A stretch of 64,000 nucleotides of DNA from a candidate division WOR-3 bacterium (GTDB taxonomy: Bacteria; Hydrothermota; Hydrothermia; WGAB01). Under the pieces are notes generated by a model. The model made no database searches. It had not been told where the DNA came from and saw nothing but the letters and a program-made list of their open reading frames with translations. The stretch is taken from contig JALXEF010000048.1 of NCBI GenBank assembly GCA_027069855.1, positions 504 to 64,503 of the forward strand, in the 5' to 3' direction. Position numbers and translations under genes: made by a program. This document shows, in pieces, positions 8,986 to 19,763 of the stretch; position 1 is the first letter of the stretch, and each line of letters opens with the position of its first letter.

Positions 8986-10307
8986 ACACCCTGAGAGCCG
9001 CCGGCCTGGGGCTTATGGCTGCCGCGGTGCTGGCCCTGGGCTGCGTTCAAAAAACCGAAAAACCCATTGTCAAAACCGTCCTGCCCAACGGGCTTACGGT
9101 GATCGTGAAAACCGTGCCCGGAAGCCCGGTCAGTGCGATCCACCTCCTGGTGGGCCACCGGATGGCCTTTGAGAAGAAACCCGGCGAAAGCAACCTGGTG
9201 CAGATGATGCTGGACCAGGGGGCGGGCGACCTGGACCGCCAGGCCATCGCCCGGCGCATTGAGGAACTGGGCGCCCAGTTGAAAACCCACGACAACCCCT
9301 ACTTCCCCTTTGACGACTACTACAACTCCCGCGACTTCGCCTATGTCCGCTTCAAGGTGCTCTCCGAAAACCTGGAGCCGGCCCTGGACTTCTTTGCCCT
9401 GCTGGTTCGCCGGCCGACCTTTCCGGAAAAGGAACTGGCCCGGATCAAGGCCCGGGTGCTGGCCACCCTCCGCGAGAGCCAGGTCATCCCCGACAAGGTG
9501 GCCCGCAACCGCTTTTACAGCCTGCTGTTCCAGGGTTCTCCCCTGGCCCACCCCATCCTGGGCACGCCGGAATCGGTGGCCGAGATCACACGCGATGATC
9601 TGGTGCGGTACTACCAGGCCGCCTATGTGCCGGCGAACTGCATCCTGACCATCGTGTCGGATCGGCCGGCGTCCTGGGTTCTGGAACGGGTGCGGAAACT
9701 GTTCGGCGACTGGTCGGGCTCGGCGAACCTGGCCCCGGACACAGCCGCCCTGAAGCCGGTGGAGCCCCAGACGGTGGAAATCCCGGTGCCCGGCAAACGG
9801 GCCTACATCTACATGGGCACCAAGATTCCGGGGCTCCGCGACCTGGATGCGCCGGCGCTGCGGGTGGCCGCCATGGTCCTCTCCGACCGCATGGCCGGTG
9901 AACTGCGGGAGAAACGCGGCCTGGCCTATCGGCTGGGCGCCTTCACCCGGTTCTACAGCCCGGGCGTGGGCGTGTTCGCCCTGGTGATGGGCACCAGTTC
10001 CCACAAGTACGCCGAAGCCCGGAAGGGCATGCAGGAAATGCTGGAGTCGCTGGTACAGAACCCGCCCACCGAGCAGGAGATCCGCCGGGTGGTCAACGCC
10101 TCCTGGGGCAGCCACCTGCGGTACCACCAGAAGAAGATCAACCAGGCCTACTTCCTGTCGCTCTATGAGTACCTGGATCCGGGCTACGAGTACGACCTGG
10201 CCCAGATCCGGCTTTTGCGGCAGGTGCGGCCTGAGGATGTGGTGCGGGTAGCCCGCAAGTATCTGCAGCCCAAACAGATGGTGCTGGTGGCTGCCGGAGG
10301 CTTTTAA
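8982..10307 (+). CDS. M16-family peptidase partner subunit (no HxxEH motif), lipoprotein
   Basis: 441 aa. Lipobox LALGC. M16 N- and C-domains but no inverted zinc motif. ATGA-coupled to the upstream M16 gene. Confidence 0.8.
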   Translation: MNTLRAAGLGLMAAAVLALGCVQKTEKPIVKTVLPNGLTVIVKTVPGSPVSAIHLLVGHRMAFEKKPGESNLVQMMLDQGAGDLDRQAIARRIEELGAQLKTHDNPYFPFDDYYNSRDFAYVRFKVLSENLEPALDFFALLVRRPTFPEKELARIKARVLATLRESQVIPDKVARNRFYSLLFQGSPLAHPILGTPESVAEITRDDLVRYYQAAYVPANCILTIVSDRPASWVLERVRKLFGDWSGSANLAPDTAALKPVEPQTVEIPVPGKRAYIYMGTKIPGLRDLDAPALRVAAMVLSDRMAGELREKRGLAYRLGAFTRFYSPGVGVFALVMGTSSHKYAEARKGMQEMLESLVQNPPTEQEIRRVVNASWGSHLRYHQKKINQAYFLSLYEYLDPGYEYDLAQIRLLRQVRPEDVVRVARKYLQPKQMVLVAAGGF

Positions 10308-10315
10308 AGGGAGCC

Positions 10316-11269
10316 ATGGCCAGGGTGAGCCTGCTGATCCCGGCCTACAACGAGCGGGAGGTGGTGCCGTACCTGCTGGAAGAACTGGAGGCCTTTATCC
10401 GGGCCCGGCGGCTCACCCCGCAAGATCTGGAGGCCGTGATCGTGGACGACGGCTCCCGGGACGGCACGTACCAGGCCCTGCAACAGGAACTCCAGCGCCG
10501 GCCCGGGCTCCAGCCCTTCGTCAAACTCGGCCGCCACTCCAAAAACCTGGGCAAAACCGCCGCGCTGGTCACCGCAGCCAGCCTGGCCACCGGCGAGGTC
10601 TTTGTGGTGTTTGACGCCGATCTCCAGTACACCCTGGACGACGCCCTGAAACTCGCCGAAAAGGTCCTGAAGGAAGGGTACGATCTGGCCGTGGGCTGGA
10701 AACAGGGCGACTACCCCAAGCGTGTGGTCTCGGGCATCTACAACTGGCTCTCGCGCAAACTCTTCCAGTTGCCGGTTCACGATATGAACGCCATGAAGGC
10801 CATCCGCGCCGAGGTCTTTTACCTGCTGGCCCTGCGCAAAGACTGGCACCGGTACATCGTGCCCCTGGCCGTGGAACGGGGGTTTACGATCACCGAGGAA
10901 AAGGTTCTCCTGCGGCCGCGCCGCGCGGGCCGCAGCAAGTACACCGGCTTCTGGCGCATCGTGGTCGGCATCGCCGATCTCCTGGCCGTGAAGTTCCAGT
11001 TGACGGTGATGCGCAAACCCCTGCTCTACCTGGGAACCCTGAGTGCGGTGTTCTTCATCGCCGGCCTGGCCGTGGGGCTTTTCGCCCTCTGGCTGCGGTA
11101 CGGCCTGCACCACGGCTACCGGCCGCTTCTGTATCTCGTCATTCTGCTGCTGCTCTTGGGTGCCATTTCCCTGACCCTGGGCCTGCTGGGCGAGGTGGTG
11201 TCGGGCGTGGAAGACCGTTTTGACGCCTTTGAACGCCGCCTGTTCCGCCTGGTTCGGCCCAAAGACTGA
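10316..11269 (+). CDS. Family-2 glycosyltransferase (polyprenyl-phosphate sugar transferase, GtrB/DPM1-like) with C-terminal TM helices
   Basis: LLIPAYNERE...VIVDDGSRDGT and VVFDADLQY (DxD) motifs, plus two C-terminal hydrophobic helices. Confidence 0.85.
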   Translation: MARVSLLIPAYNEREVVPYLLEELEAFIRARRLTPQDLEAVIVDDGSRDGTYQALQQELQRRPGLQPFVKLGRHSKNLGKTAALVTAASLATGEVFVVFDADLQYTLDDALKLAEKVLKEGYDLAVGWKQGDYPKRVVSGIYNWLSRKLFQLPVHDMNAMKAIRAEVFYLLALRKDWHRYIVPLAVERGFTITEEKVLLRPRRAGRSKYTGFWRIVVGIADLLAVKFQLTVMRKPLLYLGTLSAVFFIAGLAVGLFALWLRYGLHHGYRPLLYLVILLLLLGAISLTLGLLGEVVSGVEDRFDAFERRLFRLVRPKD

Positions 11270-11287
11270 AAACCTCAGGAGGTTGGT

Positions 11288-13006
11288 ATGGACATTCAGG
11301 GCAAAACCATCCTGCTCCTCGGCGGAGCGGGAGAGGTGGGCATGGCCATTGCCCGCAAGTTGCTGGAAGACCGGGAACACCCCAGAAAACTCATCATCGC
11401 CTCCCTGAAACAGGAAGAGGCTGAGGAGGCGGTCCGCGAACTCCAGGAGGAATTCCAGGAGGTGGAGGTGGAATTCGCCACCGAGTACGGCAACATCTTC
11501 GTGCGGGAGGAGTTCAAGGACCGGGCCTGGTGGGAACTGCAGGCCGACCCGGCCTGCCAGGAAGCCCTGATGGACGACATCCTGAACGAACTGTCTCCGG
11601 AGATCCTGGAAAACTCCACGGTGTACCGCATGATCCTGCGCCATAAGCCCCACCTGATCGTGGACACCATCAACACCGCCACGGCCCTGGCGTATCAGGA
11701 TGTGTACACCACGGCCCGGCAGGCCCGCGAACTCCTGGGGGACGGCGACGAAGCGGCCCTGAAGAACATGGTGCGGCGATTGCTTTCCACCCTGTACATC
11801 CCGCAACTCGTGCGCCATGTGCAGATCATGCACCGGGCCATGGTGGACGCAGGGGTGCAACTCTACCTGAAGGTGGGTACCACCGGCACCGGCGGCATGG
11901 GCCTGAATATTCCTTACACCCACGGCGAGGAACGGCCGTCGCGGGTACTGCTTTCCAAGTCCGCCGTGGCCGGGGCCCATTCCCTGCTCCTGTTCCTGGC
12001 CGATCGCACACCCGGAGGCCCGGTGGTCAAGGAGATCAAACCCGCCGCCCTCATCGCCTGGAAGGCCATCCGATCGGGGCGAATCCGCAAGCGGGGCCGG
12101 GAGTTTCCCCTGTACCGGGTCACCCTGGACCAGGCAATGCCCCTGGAGCCGGGCCAGACCTTTGACCTCAAACGCCTGCCCGAAAGCCCGGCCGGCGACG
12201 AATACCTGAAGGCCGTGTTTGTGGATACCGGCGAAAACGGCGTATTTTCGCTGGAGGAATTCAAGGCCATCACGACCCTGCGGCAGATGGAGGCCGTAAC
12301 CCCCGAGGAGATCGCCGAGGTGGTGCTGGACGAGATCAAGGGCGACAACACCTCCTTTGATGTGGTGTCGGCCCTGGATGCCTCGGTGATGGGGCCCACC
12401 TACCGTGCCGCCTTCCTCCGGCCCCTGGTGATCCACAGGATGCACCGGGAAATGGAACGCACGGGCCTGGACTCGGTGGCCTTTGAGATCCTTGGGCCTC
12501 CAAGGCTTTCCAAGCTGCTCTTTGAGGCGGAACTCCTGAAACGGGTGTTTGGCACGATCCCCCGGGTGCTGGCTCGCTCGCCGGAGTCGTTGAGCCAGCA
12601 ACTCATCGCTTACCTGGAGGAGCACCCCCGGTTCCTGCAGGAGATCCTGGCGGTGGGCCTTGCAGTGCTGCTGCCCGGCCCGAAGCTGGTCTTCGCCCGC
12701 CGGCGGGACACCCTTCTGGACAAACACTGGGAACGCACCACCTGGCAGGCGACCGAGGAACAGATCCAGCGCTGGGCCCACAGCGAGTGGGTGGACCTTC
12801 GGCCGGAAAACATGGAACACTGGCAAAATCGTCTGCGCCGGTTGCTGCGTACCCTGGAAAAGGAGAATCAAACCACCGGCTCGCGCTTTGACCGGCCGCT
12901 GGACGCCTGGCCCCGGGACGAACACGGCGAACCCGTGGTAGATCCCGGCGAAACCGTGGGCTATCTCTTCATCGTGGAGGATGGCGGCGCCCGGAAAAAG
13001 CGGTAA
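11288..13006 (+). CDS. Uncharacterised 572-aa protein with N-terminal NAD(P)-binding Rossmann fold
   Basis: RBS AGGAGG 6 nt upstream. N-terminal TILLLGGAGEVGMAIARKLL (GxGxxG). The remaining ~450 aa have no motif I can assign; coding-like composition throughout. Confidence 0.65.
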   Translation: MDIQGKTILLLGGAGEVGMAIARKLLEDREHPRKLIIASLKQEEAEEAVRELQEEFQEVEVEFATEYGNIFVREEFKDRAWWELQADPACQEALMDDILNELSPEILENSTVYRMILRHKPHLIVDTINTATALAYQDVYTTARQARELLGDGDEAALKNMVRRLLSTLYIPQLVRHVQIMHRAMVDAGVQLYLKVGTTGTGGMGLNIPYTHGEERPSRVLLSKSAVAGAHSLLLFLADRTPGGPVVKEIKPAALIAWKAIRSGRIRKRGREFPLYRVTLDQAMPLEPGQTFDLKRLPESPAGDEYLKAVFVDTGENGVFSLEEFKAITTLRQMEAVTPEEIAEVVLDEIKGDNTSFDVVSALDASVMGPTYRAAFLRPLVIHRMHREMERTGLDSVAFEILGPPRLSKLLFEAELLKRVFGTIPRVLARSPESLSQQLIAYLEEHPRFLQEILAVGLAVLLPGPKLVFARRRDTLLDKHWERTTWQATEEQIQRWAHSEWVDLRPENMEHWQNRLRRLLRTLEKENQTTGSRFDRPLDAWPRDEHGEPVVDPGETVGYLFIVEDGGARKKR

Positions 13007-13649
13007 TCGGCCCCTGCTTCCGCTGTACCGCCACCTCCTCCAGGCCCTGGGGCCCCAGCATTGGTGGCCCGGAGATTCGGCCTTTGAAATCGCCCTGGGG
13101 GCGCTCCTCACCCAGAACACGGCCTGGCGGAATGTAGAGCAGGCCCTCCGGAACCTGCGCAACCGCGGCTGGCTCCAACCCGAAGCCGTGGCAACGGCGC
13201 CCCTGGAGGAACTGGAGCAACTGCTGCGGCCTTCGGGCTATTACCGGCAGAAGGCCCGGCGGGCCCGGGACCTGGCCCGCTGGTGGCTCGCCCACGGGGG
13301 CGAGGAGGGGCTCCGAAGCCTGCCCACCGAAACCCTGCGCAGGGAACTGCTCCGCCTCAAGGGCATCGGGCCGGAAACCGCCGATTCCATCCTGCTGTAC
13401 GCCTTCCATCGGCCGGTGTTCGTAGTGGACGCCTATACCCGCCGCATCCTCAGCCGGCATGGGTTCCCGCTGCCCCCGGATTACGAAGGGCTCCGGAAGT
13501 TCATGGAGGATCAATTGCCTCGCTCGGTGCCCCTGTACCAGGAGTTTCACGCCCTCCTGGTGGCCGTGGGAAAACACTTTTGCCGTCGTTCTCCCCGTTG
13601 CACCGGCTGCCCGGTGGCCGACCTCTGGGGGCCCGGCCAGGGGGTATAA
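12981..13649 (+). CDS. HhH-GPD superfamily DNA glycosylase-like protein (endonuclease III-related) with C-terminal Cys cluster
   Basis: 222 aa. LLTQNTAW and LKGIGPETADSIL (helix-hairpin-helix), then C-x6-C-x2-C near the C-terminus (CRRSPRCTGCP), an FeS-loop-like arrangement. The start is uncertain: no clear RBS and a 26-nt overlap with the upstream gene. Confidence 0.7.
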   Translation: MAAPGKSGNRPLLPLYRHLLQALGPQHWWPGDSAFEIALGALLTQNTAWRNVEQALRNLRNRGWLQPEAVATAPLEELEQLLRPSGYYRQKARRARDLARWWLAHGGEEGLRSLPTETLRRELLRLKGIGPETADSILLYAFHRPVFVVDAYTRRILSRHGFPLPPDYEGLRKFMEDQLPRSVPLYQEFHALLVAVGKHFCRRSPRCTGCPVADLWGPGQGV

Positions 13650-13661
13650 TAGCCCACAGTC

Positions 13662-15029
13662 ATGCAGTCCTGGCCCTTATTGCTCTTCGGCCTCTTCCTG
13701 CTCCTGACCCTGATCAACTATCGGTGGGGGCTGTACATCAGTCTGGCCTCGATCACCGGGTACATGCTGTTCCCCCACTTTGCCGGAGGTCCTCCCCTCC
13801 TCTGGCACGAACCCCTGGTGCCCTTTGTGTTCGTCATGTTCCTGTATGCCAAACGGGAAAAGATGGAGCCCGTCCTGGCTCTGAACCTGAAGGCGAACCC
13901 CATGCTGTATGCCACCGGCCTCTTCATGCTGGTGCTTGTGGGCCAGTACTTCCGGAACCCGGTGCTCACCTCCCGCCTGGGGGGCAGCGGCGGCTTCCTG
14001 CTCTTTTACCGCTTTGTGATTGACTTCCTGCTGATGATCATGGTGGCCGACGAGAGCATGCACCCCGAGGGCCGCCGCCGGATTTTCTGGAGCGTGCTGC
14101 TGGCCGCCTTACTCACCGCTGTCATCGGGGTGCTCGCCTACTACATTCCCTCGGTATACCTCTTCCTGGACCGTCTGGGGTTCACGGGCATCAAGGCCTG
14201 GCGGATCCTGGTGGACCCCCGAAGCGGTGTGGTCCGGTTCTTGATGCTGCAGATTCCGGCCTATTTCGGCCTGATCCTGATGGTTTTCAATCCCCTGGGG
14301 CTTCGGGGGCGATACCGGGTTCCCCTGGGCCTGTTCTTCGCCTTTGCCCTGCTGTTAAGCGGCGGCCGGGCCGTGTTCTGGGGCACCGTGCTTTCGCTGC
14401 TCCTCATCACGCTGTACCGGTACCGACGCCAGATGCTGGTGGTGGTGCTTGTGCTGGTGGGTTTCCTTCTGGTTTTCACCGCGGTTTCCCTTAATCCCGA
14501 GATCGTGCCCCCGGCGTACCGCCGGGTGTTCCGCATCACCGGCACGGAAAAGGAGATCTCCACGGTTCGGTTCTATGTGCACCGGCTGATGCTCAAGCAA
14601 ATCGCCCAGCACCCCATCCTCGGTGTGGGGTTCAAACCCGATGTCTTCATTCCGGAGTTCATCCCCCGGGAGGCCGCTTCGGAGTTCGTGCTCAAAAACC
14701 TGGCCGGAGGCGGCCACGGATCCTACTACTCGCTGCTCTACTTCTTTGGACTGGTGGGGTTTTTGCCCTACCTCTATGCCATCTGGCGGGCCCTCACGTT
14801 GCTGTGGGGCGCCCTCCAGAGCCGCGATCCGCCGGTGGTGCATCTGGCGCTCCTGTACCTGGCCTGGCTGGTGCCCACACTTACCATGTACTACGCCTTT
14901 TACCGCGGAGAGGCGCCGCAGCTCTTCTTCCTGTACGGCTTAATCAGCGGGTTGATCCTGGAGCAGAAGTATCGCGGGGCACCGGCAACCCGGGAGGCTC
15001 CGGCTACAGCCCGGTGGGCAGTTCAATGA
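13662..15029 (+). CDS. O-antigen ligase / Wzy-like polytopic membrane protein
   Basis: 455 aa with about 10-12 TM helices and a large loop region, typical of the Wzy_C/O-antigen polymerase-ligase superfamily. Confidence 0.6.
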   Translation: MQSWPLLLFGLFLLLTLINYRWGLYISLASITGYMLFPHFAGGPPLLWHEPLVPFVFVMFLYAKREKMEPVLALNLKANPMLYATGLFMLVLVGQYFRNPVLTSRLGGSGGFLLFYRFVIDFLLMIMVADESMHPEGRRRIFWSVLLAALLTAVIGVLAYYIPSVYLFLDRLGFTGIKAWRILVDPRSGVVRFLMLQIPAYFGLILMVFNPLGLRGRYRVPLGLFFAFALLLSGGRAVFWGTVLSLLLITLYRYRRQMLVVVLVLVGFLLVFTAVSLNPEIVPPAYRRVFRITGTEKEISTVRFYVHRLMLKQIAQHPILGVGFKPDVFIPEFIPREAASEFVLKNLAGGGHGSYYSLLYFFGLVGFLPYLYAIWRALTLLWGALQSRDPPVVHLALLYLAWLVPTLTMYYAFYRGEAPQLFFLYGLISGLILEQKYRGAPATREAPATARWAVQ

Positions 15030-15756
15030 ACTCGTAGGGCAGGCCGAAGGTCTTTTCCAGATACGCCCCCACAGCCCGCACGCCCAGGCGCTCGGTGTTG
15101 TAGTGGCCGTAGAAGGCCACATCCACCCCGTACTCGTAAGCGGCCCAGTAGCTGGCGTGGTCGGTTTCGCCGGTGACCAGCAGGTCCACATCGGCCTCGG
15201 CCACCTCGGACAGCATGCTGATGGCCTTACCCGAGATCACGGCCACGGTCCGCACCGTATCGGGCCCGAAATTCCAGAGAACGGGCTCGGTGCCGAAGTA
15301 CCGGTTCAAGTCGGCCAGCACGGCGGCCAGGGGGCGCGGCTCTTCGAAGTCCACCAGTCGGCCGATCTTGACGCCGTGATACTCCCCAAACTCACCGGCA
15401 TCCGGCCAGTTCAGGTCGCGCACCAGCACGGCGTTGTTGCCGAGCTCGGGATGCAGGTCCAGGGGCAGATGGGCGGCGTACAGGGCCACATTCCCCTGAA
15501 CCAGCTGGCGGATCCGTTTGTACAGGGGACCGGTGATGGGCAGCACCTTGCCCCAGAAAAGGCCGTGATGCACGATGAGGAACTGGATGTTCCGGCGGAT
15601 GGCCTCGGCCACGGCGCGTTCCGAAATGTCCACGGCCACGCCCACCCGCTCAATTTCACCCTCGTTGTCCACCTGAAGACCGTTCAACGAAAGGTCCGGG
15701 ATCTCCGCAACTCGCAGCACCTCATTCAGGTGCCGGGCCAGTTCCCGAGCGGTCAT
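15004..15756 (-). CDS. Nif3-family dinuclear metal centre protein (YqfO/YbgI-like)
   Basis: 250 aa. HHGLFWG and the C-terminal GHYNTE metal-binding motifs. Convergent 26-nt overlap with the Wzy-like gene. Confidence 0.85.
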   Translation of the reverse strand: MTARELARHLNEVLRVAEIPDLSLNGLQVDNEGEIERVGVAVDISERAVAEAIRRNIQFLIVHHGLFWGKVLPITGPLYKRIRQLVQGNVALYAAHLPLDLHPELGNNAVLVRDLNWPDAGEFGEYHGVKIGRLVDFEEPRPLAAVLADLNRYFGTEPVLWNFGPDTVRTVAVISGKAISMLSEVAEADVDLLVTGETDHASYWAAYEYGVDVAFYGHYNTERLGVRAVGAYLEKTFGLPYEFIELPTGL

Positions 15757-16771
15757 GGAACAAATCCTCCGGTTTGGGTAGGTTCAGGTGCCGATACGCC
15801 AGGGGCAGGGCCACCCGCCCCCGCGGGGTCCGCTGGATAAACCCCTCCCGAATCAGGAAGGGCTCGTACACCTCTTCCAGGGTTTCGGGATCCTCGCCCA
15901 CGGCCATGGCCAGGGTTTTCAGGCCCACGGGCCCGCCCCGATAGGTCTCAATGAGCCGGATCAGGATCCGCTTGTCCATCTCGTCCAGGCCCCGTTCGTC
16001 CACCTCCAGGCGGTCCAGCGCATAGCGGGCGATCTCCTGGTCGATGGTCCCGTTGCCCTTGACCTCGGCGAAGTCCCGCACGCGGCGCAGCAGCCGGTTG
16101 GCGATGCGAGGCGTGCCCCTGGAGCGGCGGGCGATCTCGCGGAGCCCCTCGTCGGTATAGGCCACCTGCAGAATCCGGGCACTGCGCTGCAGGATCTGAA
16201 AGATCTCGTCGCTTGTGTAGTAGTCCAGCCGGAAGGTGATGCCGAAGCGGGCCATCAGCGGCGAAGTGATCATGCCCGCCCGGGTGGTGGCCCCGATCAG
16301 GGTGAAGGGCGGCAACGGGATCTTGACGGACTGGGCCCCCGGCCCCCGGTCCAGGAGCACATCAATCCGGTACTCCTCCATGGCGGCATACAGGTACTCC
16401 TCCACGGGCCGGGGAATCCGGTGGATCTCGTCAATGAACAGGATGTCGCGGGGCTCCAGCGAGGTGAGCAGGCCGGCGAGGTCGGCCGGGCGCTCCAGCA
16501 CCGGCCCGGAGGTGGCCCGCAGATTGACCCCCAGTTCCCGGGCGATGATATGGGCCAGGGTGGTTTTGCCCAGGCCCGGGGGACCGTGGAGCAGCACATG
16601 ATCCAGCGCCTCCCCCCGGCGCCGGGTGGCCTCCACGAAAACCCGCAGGTTCTCCTTTACCCGATCCTGGCCGATGAACTCGTCAAAGGTGCGGGGGCGG
16701 AGCGTGCGTTCCAGTTCGCGTTCCTCTGCACCCAGCACCTCGGGAGTGGTCAACCGGTCTGCTGCACCCAT
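15722..16771 (-). CDS. ruvB: Holliday junction branch migration helicase
   Basis: Walker [10 protein letters not shown], sensor regions and the RuvB C-terminal winged helix. Start chosen at MGAADRLTT, which has GGAGGA 7 nt upstream. An alternative ATG lies at 16804; the longer ORF-track N-terminus was rejected. Confidence 0.9.
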   Translation of the reverse strand: MGAADRLTTPEVLGAEERELERTLRPRTFDEFIGQDRVKENLRVFVEATRRRGEALDHVLLHGPPGLGKTTLAHIIARELGVNLRATSGPVLERPADLAGLLTSLEPRDILFIDEIHRIPRPVEEYLYAAMEEYRIDVLLDRGPGAQSVKIPLPPFTLIGATTRAGMITSPLMARFGITFRLDYYTSDEIFQILQRSARILQVAYTDEGLREIARRSRGTPRIANRLLRRVRDFAEVKGNGTIDQEIARYALDRLEVDERGLDEMDKRILIRLIETYRGGPVGLKTLAMAVGEDPETLEEVYEPFLIREGFIQRTPRGRVALPLAYRHLNLPKPEDLFHDRSGTGPAPE

Positions 16772-16845
16772 TCGCGTATCCTCCAGCCTTGAGTTATCCG
16801 CCATTCCGGGCCCGGTTTCAACCCCAGCCCCGGCGAAACATCCTG

Positions 16846-16851
16846 GATAAT
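16846..16851 (+). promoter_or_regulatory. Candidate -10 hexamer (GATAAT) for the pst operon in the ruvB/pstS divergent region
   Basis: GATAAT lies 24 nt upstream of the pstS ATG (5 nt before the AAGGAGG RBS) in an otherwise GC-rich intergenic stretch. No convincing -35 or Pho box was recognised by eye. Confidence 0.25.
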
Positions 16852-16874
16852 TTAGGCCCCAACAAGGAGGCTCT

Positions 16875-17942
16875 ATGGGTATCCGTGTGCTGCGTGGGCC
16901 GGTGTTCGGGGTTCTCGTGTCCCTCCTGCTGGCCCTGGCAGGTTCCTGCTCTTCGCAAAAGAAAATCCGGATCCAGGGCGCGGGTGCCACCTTCCCCTAT
17001 CCGCTGTACGCCCAGTGGGCTTATCTCTATGCCCAGAAAACCGGCGTGGAAATCAATTACCAGTCCATCGGGTCCGGCGGCGGCATCGCCCAGATCCGGG
17101 CCAAAACCGTGGACTTCGGCGCCTCCGATGCCCCTCTGCCGCCTGAAGAACTGGAACAGGACGGGCTCGTGCAGTTCCCTATGGTGATCGGCGGCGTGGT
17201 GCCCGTGGTGAACCTGGAGGGCGTCGGGCCCAACCAGCTCCAGCTCTCGCCCCAGGTGCTGGCCCGCATCTTCCTGGGTGAAATCCGGCGCTGGAACCAC
17301 CCGGACCTGCAGGCCCTGAACCCCCATCTTGCCCTGCCCGATGAGGAGATCACCGTGGTGCACCGGGCCGACGGCTCCGGCACCACCTGGATCTTCACCC
17401 ACTACCTGTCCGAGGTGTCGGAAGACTGGAAAAACCGGGTGGGCACCGGCAAGGCCGTGCGCTGGCCCACCGGCATCGGGGGCAAGGGCAACGAAGGGGT
17501 GGCCGCCTTTGTCCAGCAAACCCCCGGCGCCATCGGCTATGTGGAGTACACCTATGCCGTGCAAACAAACCTGGTGCCCGTGAAGCTCCAGAACGCCGCT
17601 GGCGCCTTTGTGGAGGCCCGGCTGGAAACCTTCCAGGCGGCTGCGGCCCACGCCGACTGGGCCCACAGCCCGGGGTTCTATGTGGTGCTCACCAACCAGC
17701 CGGGGCCGGACGCCTGGCCCATCACCGGCGCCTCCTTCATCCTGCTGCACCGCGAGCAGCCCGATTTCCACAAGGCCCAGGAGATGCTCAAGTTCTTTGA
17801 CTGGGCTTACCACGAGGGAGCCGAGGTGGCCCGGAAGCTCCACTATGTGCCGGTGCCGCCGGAGGTGGTGACCCTGGTGGAAGACCTGTGGCAGCGGGAA
17901 ATCCGGGCCCAGGGCCGGCCCGTGTGGCCTCCCCGGGAGTGA
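16875..17942 (+). CDS. pstS: Phosphate ABC transporter substrate-binding protein
   Basis: 355 aa with a signal peptide. [11 protein letters not shown] and SGSGTT phosphate-binding motifs. RBS AAGGAGG. Confidence 0.9.
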   Translation: MGIRVLRGPVFGVLVSLLLALAGSCSSQKKIRIQGAGATFPYPLYAQWAYLYAQKTGVEINYQSIGSGGGIAQIRAKTVDFGASDAPLPPEELEQDGLVQFPMVIGGVVPVVNLEGVGPNQLQLSPQVLARIFLGEIRRWNHPDLQALNPHLALPDEEITVVHRADGSGTTWIFTHYLSEVSEDWKNRVGTGKAVRWPTGIGGKGNEGVAAFVQQTPGAIGYVEYTYAVQTNLVPVKLQNAAGAFVEARLETFQAAAAHADWAHSPGFYVVLTNQPGPDAWPITGASFILLHREQPDFHKAQEMLKFFDWAYHEGAEVARKLHYVPVPPEVVTLVEDLWQREIRAQGRPVWPPRE

Positions 17943-17994
17943 GCCGTGAGGTTCCGGGCGGCACAGGAATCCTCCCGGCCCCCGTCAACCCGCG

Positions 17995-18921
17995 ATGAGG
18001 CGACGGTTTTTCCTGGGTGATCGTCTGCTTCTGCTGCTGAGCACGACGGCGGCCCTGCTCGTGTTGCTGCTCATTGCCGGCATCTTCGTGGTGCTCGTGG
18101 GCCATTCCCGCCTGGCCTTTCAGCACCTGGGGCTGCGCTTCTTCGTGCAGCACATCTGGAACCCGGTCACCGGCGAGTTCGGAGCCCTGCCCAGCCTGTA
18201 CGGCACCCTGGTCACCACCCTCATCGCCCTGGTGCTGGCCGTGCCCCTGAGCCTGGCGGTGGCCCTGCTGCTGGCCGAACTGGCCCCGCCGTGGCTCGCC
18301 ACCCCCGTGAGCCTGGCCGTGGAACTCCTGGCCGCCATCCCCAGCATCATTTACGGCATGTGGGGCCTGTATGTGTTCGCCCCCTACATGGCCCACCATG
18401 TGGAACCGTGGTTGCAACGGACCCTCGGGTTCCTGCCCCTTTTCCAGGGGCCGACCCACGGCATCGGGTTCCTCACCGCCGGCATCATCCTCGCCCTCAT
18501 GATCCTGCCCTTTATGAGTGCGGTCATGCGGGAGGTGTTCCAGATGGTGCCCGCGGTGGTCAAGGAGGCGGGCTACGGCATCGGCGCCACCACCTGGGAG
18601 GTCACCCGCGGGGTGATCCTGCGGTACGGCATCCGCGGCCTCCTGGGCGCCGTGTTCCTGGGCCTGGGCCGGGCCCTGGGTGAAACCATGGCGGTCACCT
18701 TCGTGATCGGCAACGAACACCGGCTCTCCCTTTCCCTGTTTTCGCCGGGCACCAGCATTACCAGCACCCTGGCCAACGAGTTCACCGAAGCCTCGGAGCC
18801 CGTGTACCTGAGCGCCCTGATTGAACTCGGCCTCTTGCTCTTCCTCGTGTCCCTGGTGATCCAGGTGCTGGCCCTGCTCTGGCTCAAGCGCATGGAACGC
18901 CGCATGGGGGCCGGACCATGA
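17995..18921 (+). CDS. pstC: Phosphate ABC transporter permease
   Basis: 308 aa with 6 TM helices and the EAA-like loop. Confidence 0.9.
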   Translation: MRRRFFLGDRLLLLLSTTAALLVLLLIAGIFVVLVGHSRLAFQHLGLRFFVQHIWNPVTGEFGALPSLYGTLVTTLIALVLAVPLSLAVALLLAELAPPWLATPVSLAVELLAAIPSIIYGMWGLYVFAPYMAHHVEPWLQRTLGFLPLFQGPTHGIGFLTAGIILALMILPFMSAVMREVFQMVPAVVKEAGYGIGATTWEVTRGVILRYGIRGLLGAVFLGLGRALGETMAVTFVIGNEHRLSLSLFSPGTSITSTLANEFTEASEPVYLSALIELGLLLFLVSLVIQVLALLWLKRMERRMGAGP

Positions 18922-19763
18922 GGCTGAAGTCCCATCGCCGACGCCTGTGGATAGACCGGCTGGTGCGCCTGTTTGCCGGCTTCTCCGCCGTGGTGGGCAT
19001 CTTTTTCCTGCTCTGGATCCTCTGGACCGTGGTGAGCCGGGGCGCGGCGGCCCTGAACCTTACCTTTTTCCTGAAGGGTCCGGCGCCGCCGGGGGTGCCC
19101 GGCGGCGGCCTGGGCAACGCTGTGCTGGGCACCCTGATCCTGACCCTGCTGGCCACCCTGTTCGGTGTTCCCCTGGGCCTTCTGGCCGGCATCTTCCTGT
19201 CGGAGTTCGGCCGGCATCACCCCATAGGCGGAGCCCTGCGTTTCGTGGTCAATGTGCTGATGGGCGTGCCCTCCATCATCGTGGGGCTCTTTGTGTGGGC
19301 CTGGCTCGTGGTGCCCCTGGGCGGCTTCTCCGGCCTGGCCGGGGCCGTGGCCTTGGCCGTGCTCATGGTGCCGGTGGTGGTCCGGACCACCGAAGACATG
19401 CTGCGGCTCATGCCCGATACCCTTCGGGAATCCGTGCTGGCCCTGGGGGCTCCCCGCTGGCGCATGGTGGCCATCCTGCTCCGGGGCGCCCGCACGGGCC
19501 TGCTCACCGGCGTGCTGCTGGCCGTGGCCCGGATCAGCGGCGAAACCGCCCCCCTGCTCTTTACCGCCCTGAACAGCCCCTACTGGCCCCGCTCCCTCCT
19601 GAAACCCATGGCCAACCTCACGGTTACCATCTACAACTACGCCTTGTCGCCCTATCCCAACTGGCAACAGCTGGCCTGGGGGGCCTCGCTGCTCATCACC
19701 CTTTCCGTGCTGGCTCTGACCCTGGTATCCCGTATATTCTTGGGCGGCAGGAAAGCGCCATGA
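18918..19763 (+). CDS. pstA: Phosphate ABC transporter permease
   Basis: 281 aa, 6 TM helices. 4-nt overlap with pstC. Confidence 0.9.
   Translation: MRLKSHRRRLWIDRLVRLFAGFSAVVGIFFLLWILWTVVSRGAAALNLTFFLKGPAPPGVPGGGLGNAVLGTLILTLLATLFGVPLGLLAGIFLSEFGRHHPIGGALRFVVNVLMGVPSIIVGLFVWAWLVVPLGGFSGLAGAVALAVLMVPVVVRTTEDMLRLMPDTLRESVLALGAPRWRMVAILLRGARTGLLTGVLLAVARISGETAPLLFTALNSPYWPRSLLKPMANLTVTIYNYALSPYPNWQQLAWGASLLITLSVLALTLVSRIFLGGRKAP

Noticed and set aside
10304-13162. 952-aa minus-strand ORF covering the GT2 gene and the 572-aa gene
   Set aside because: It is antisense to two well-supported plus-strand genes. The composition (Gly/Arg/His/Gln-rich, no motifs) is typical of high-GC shadow ORFs.
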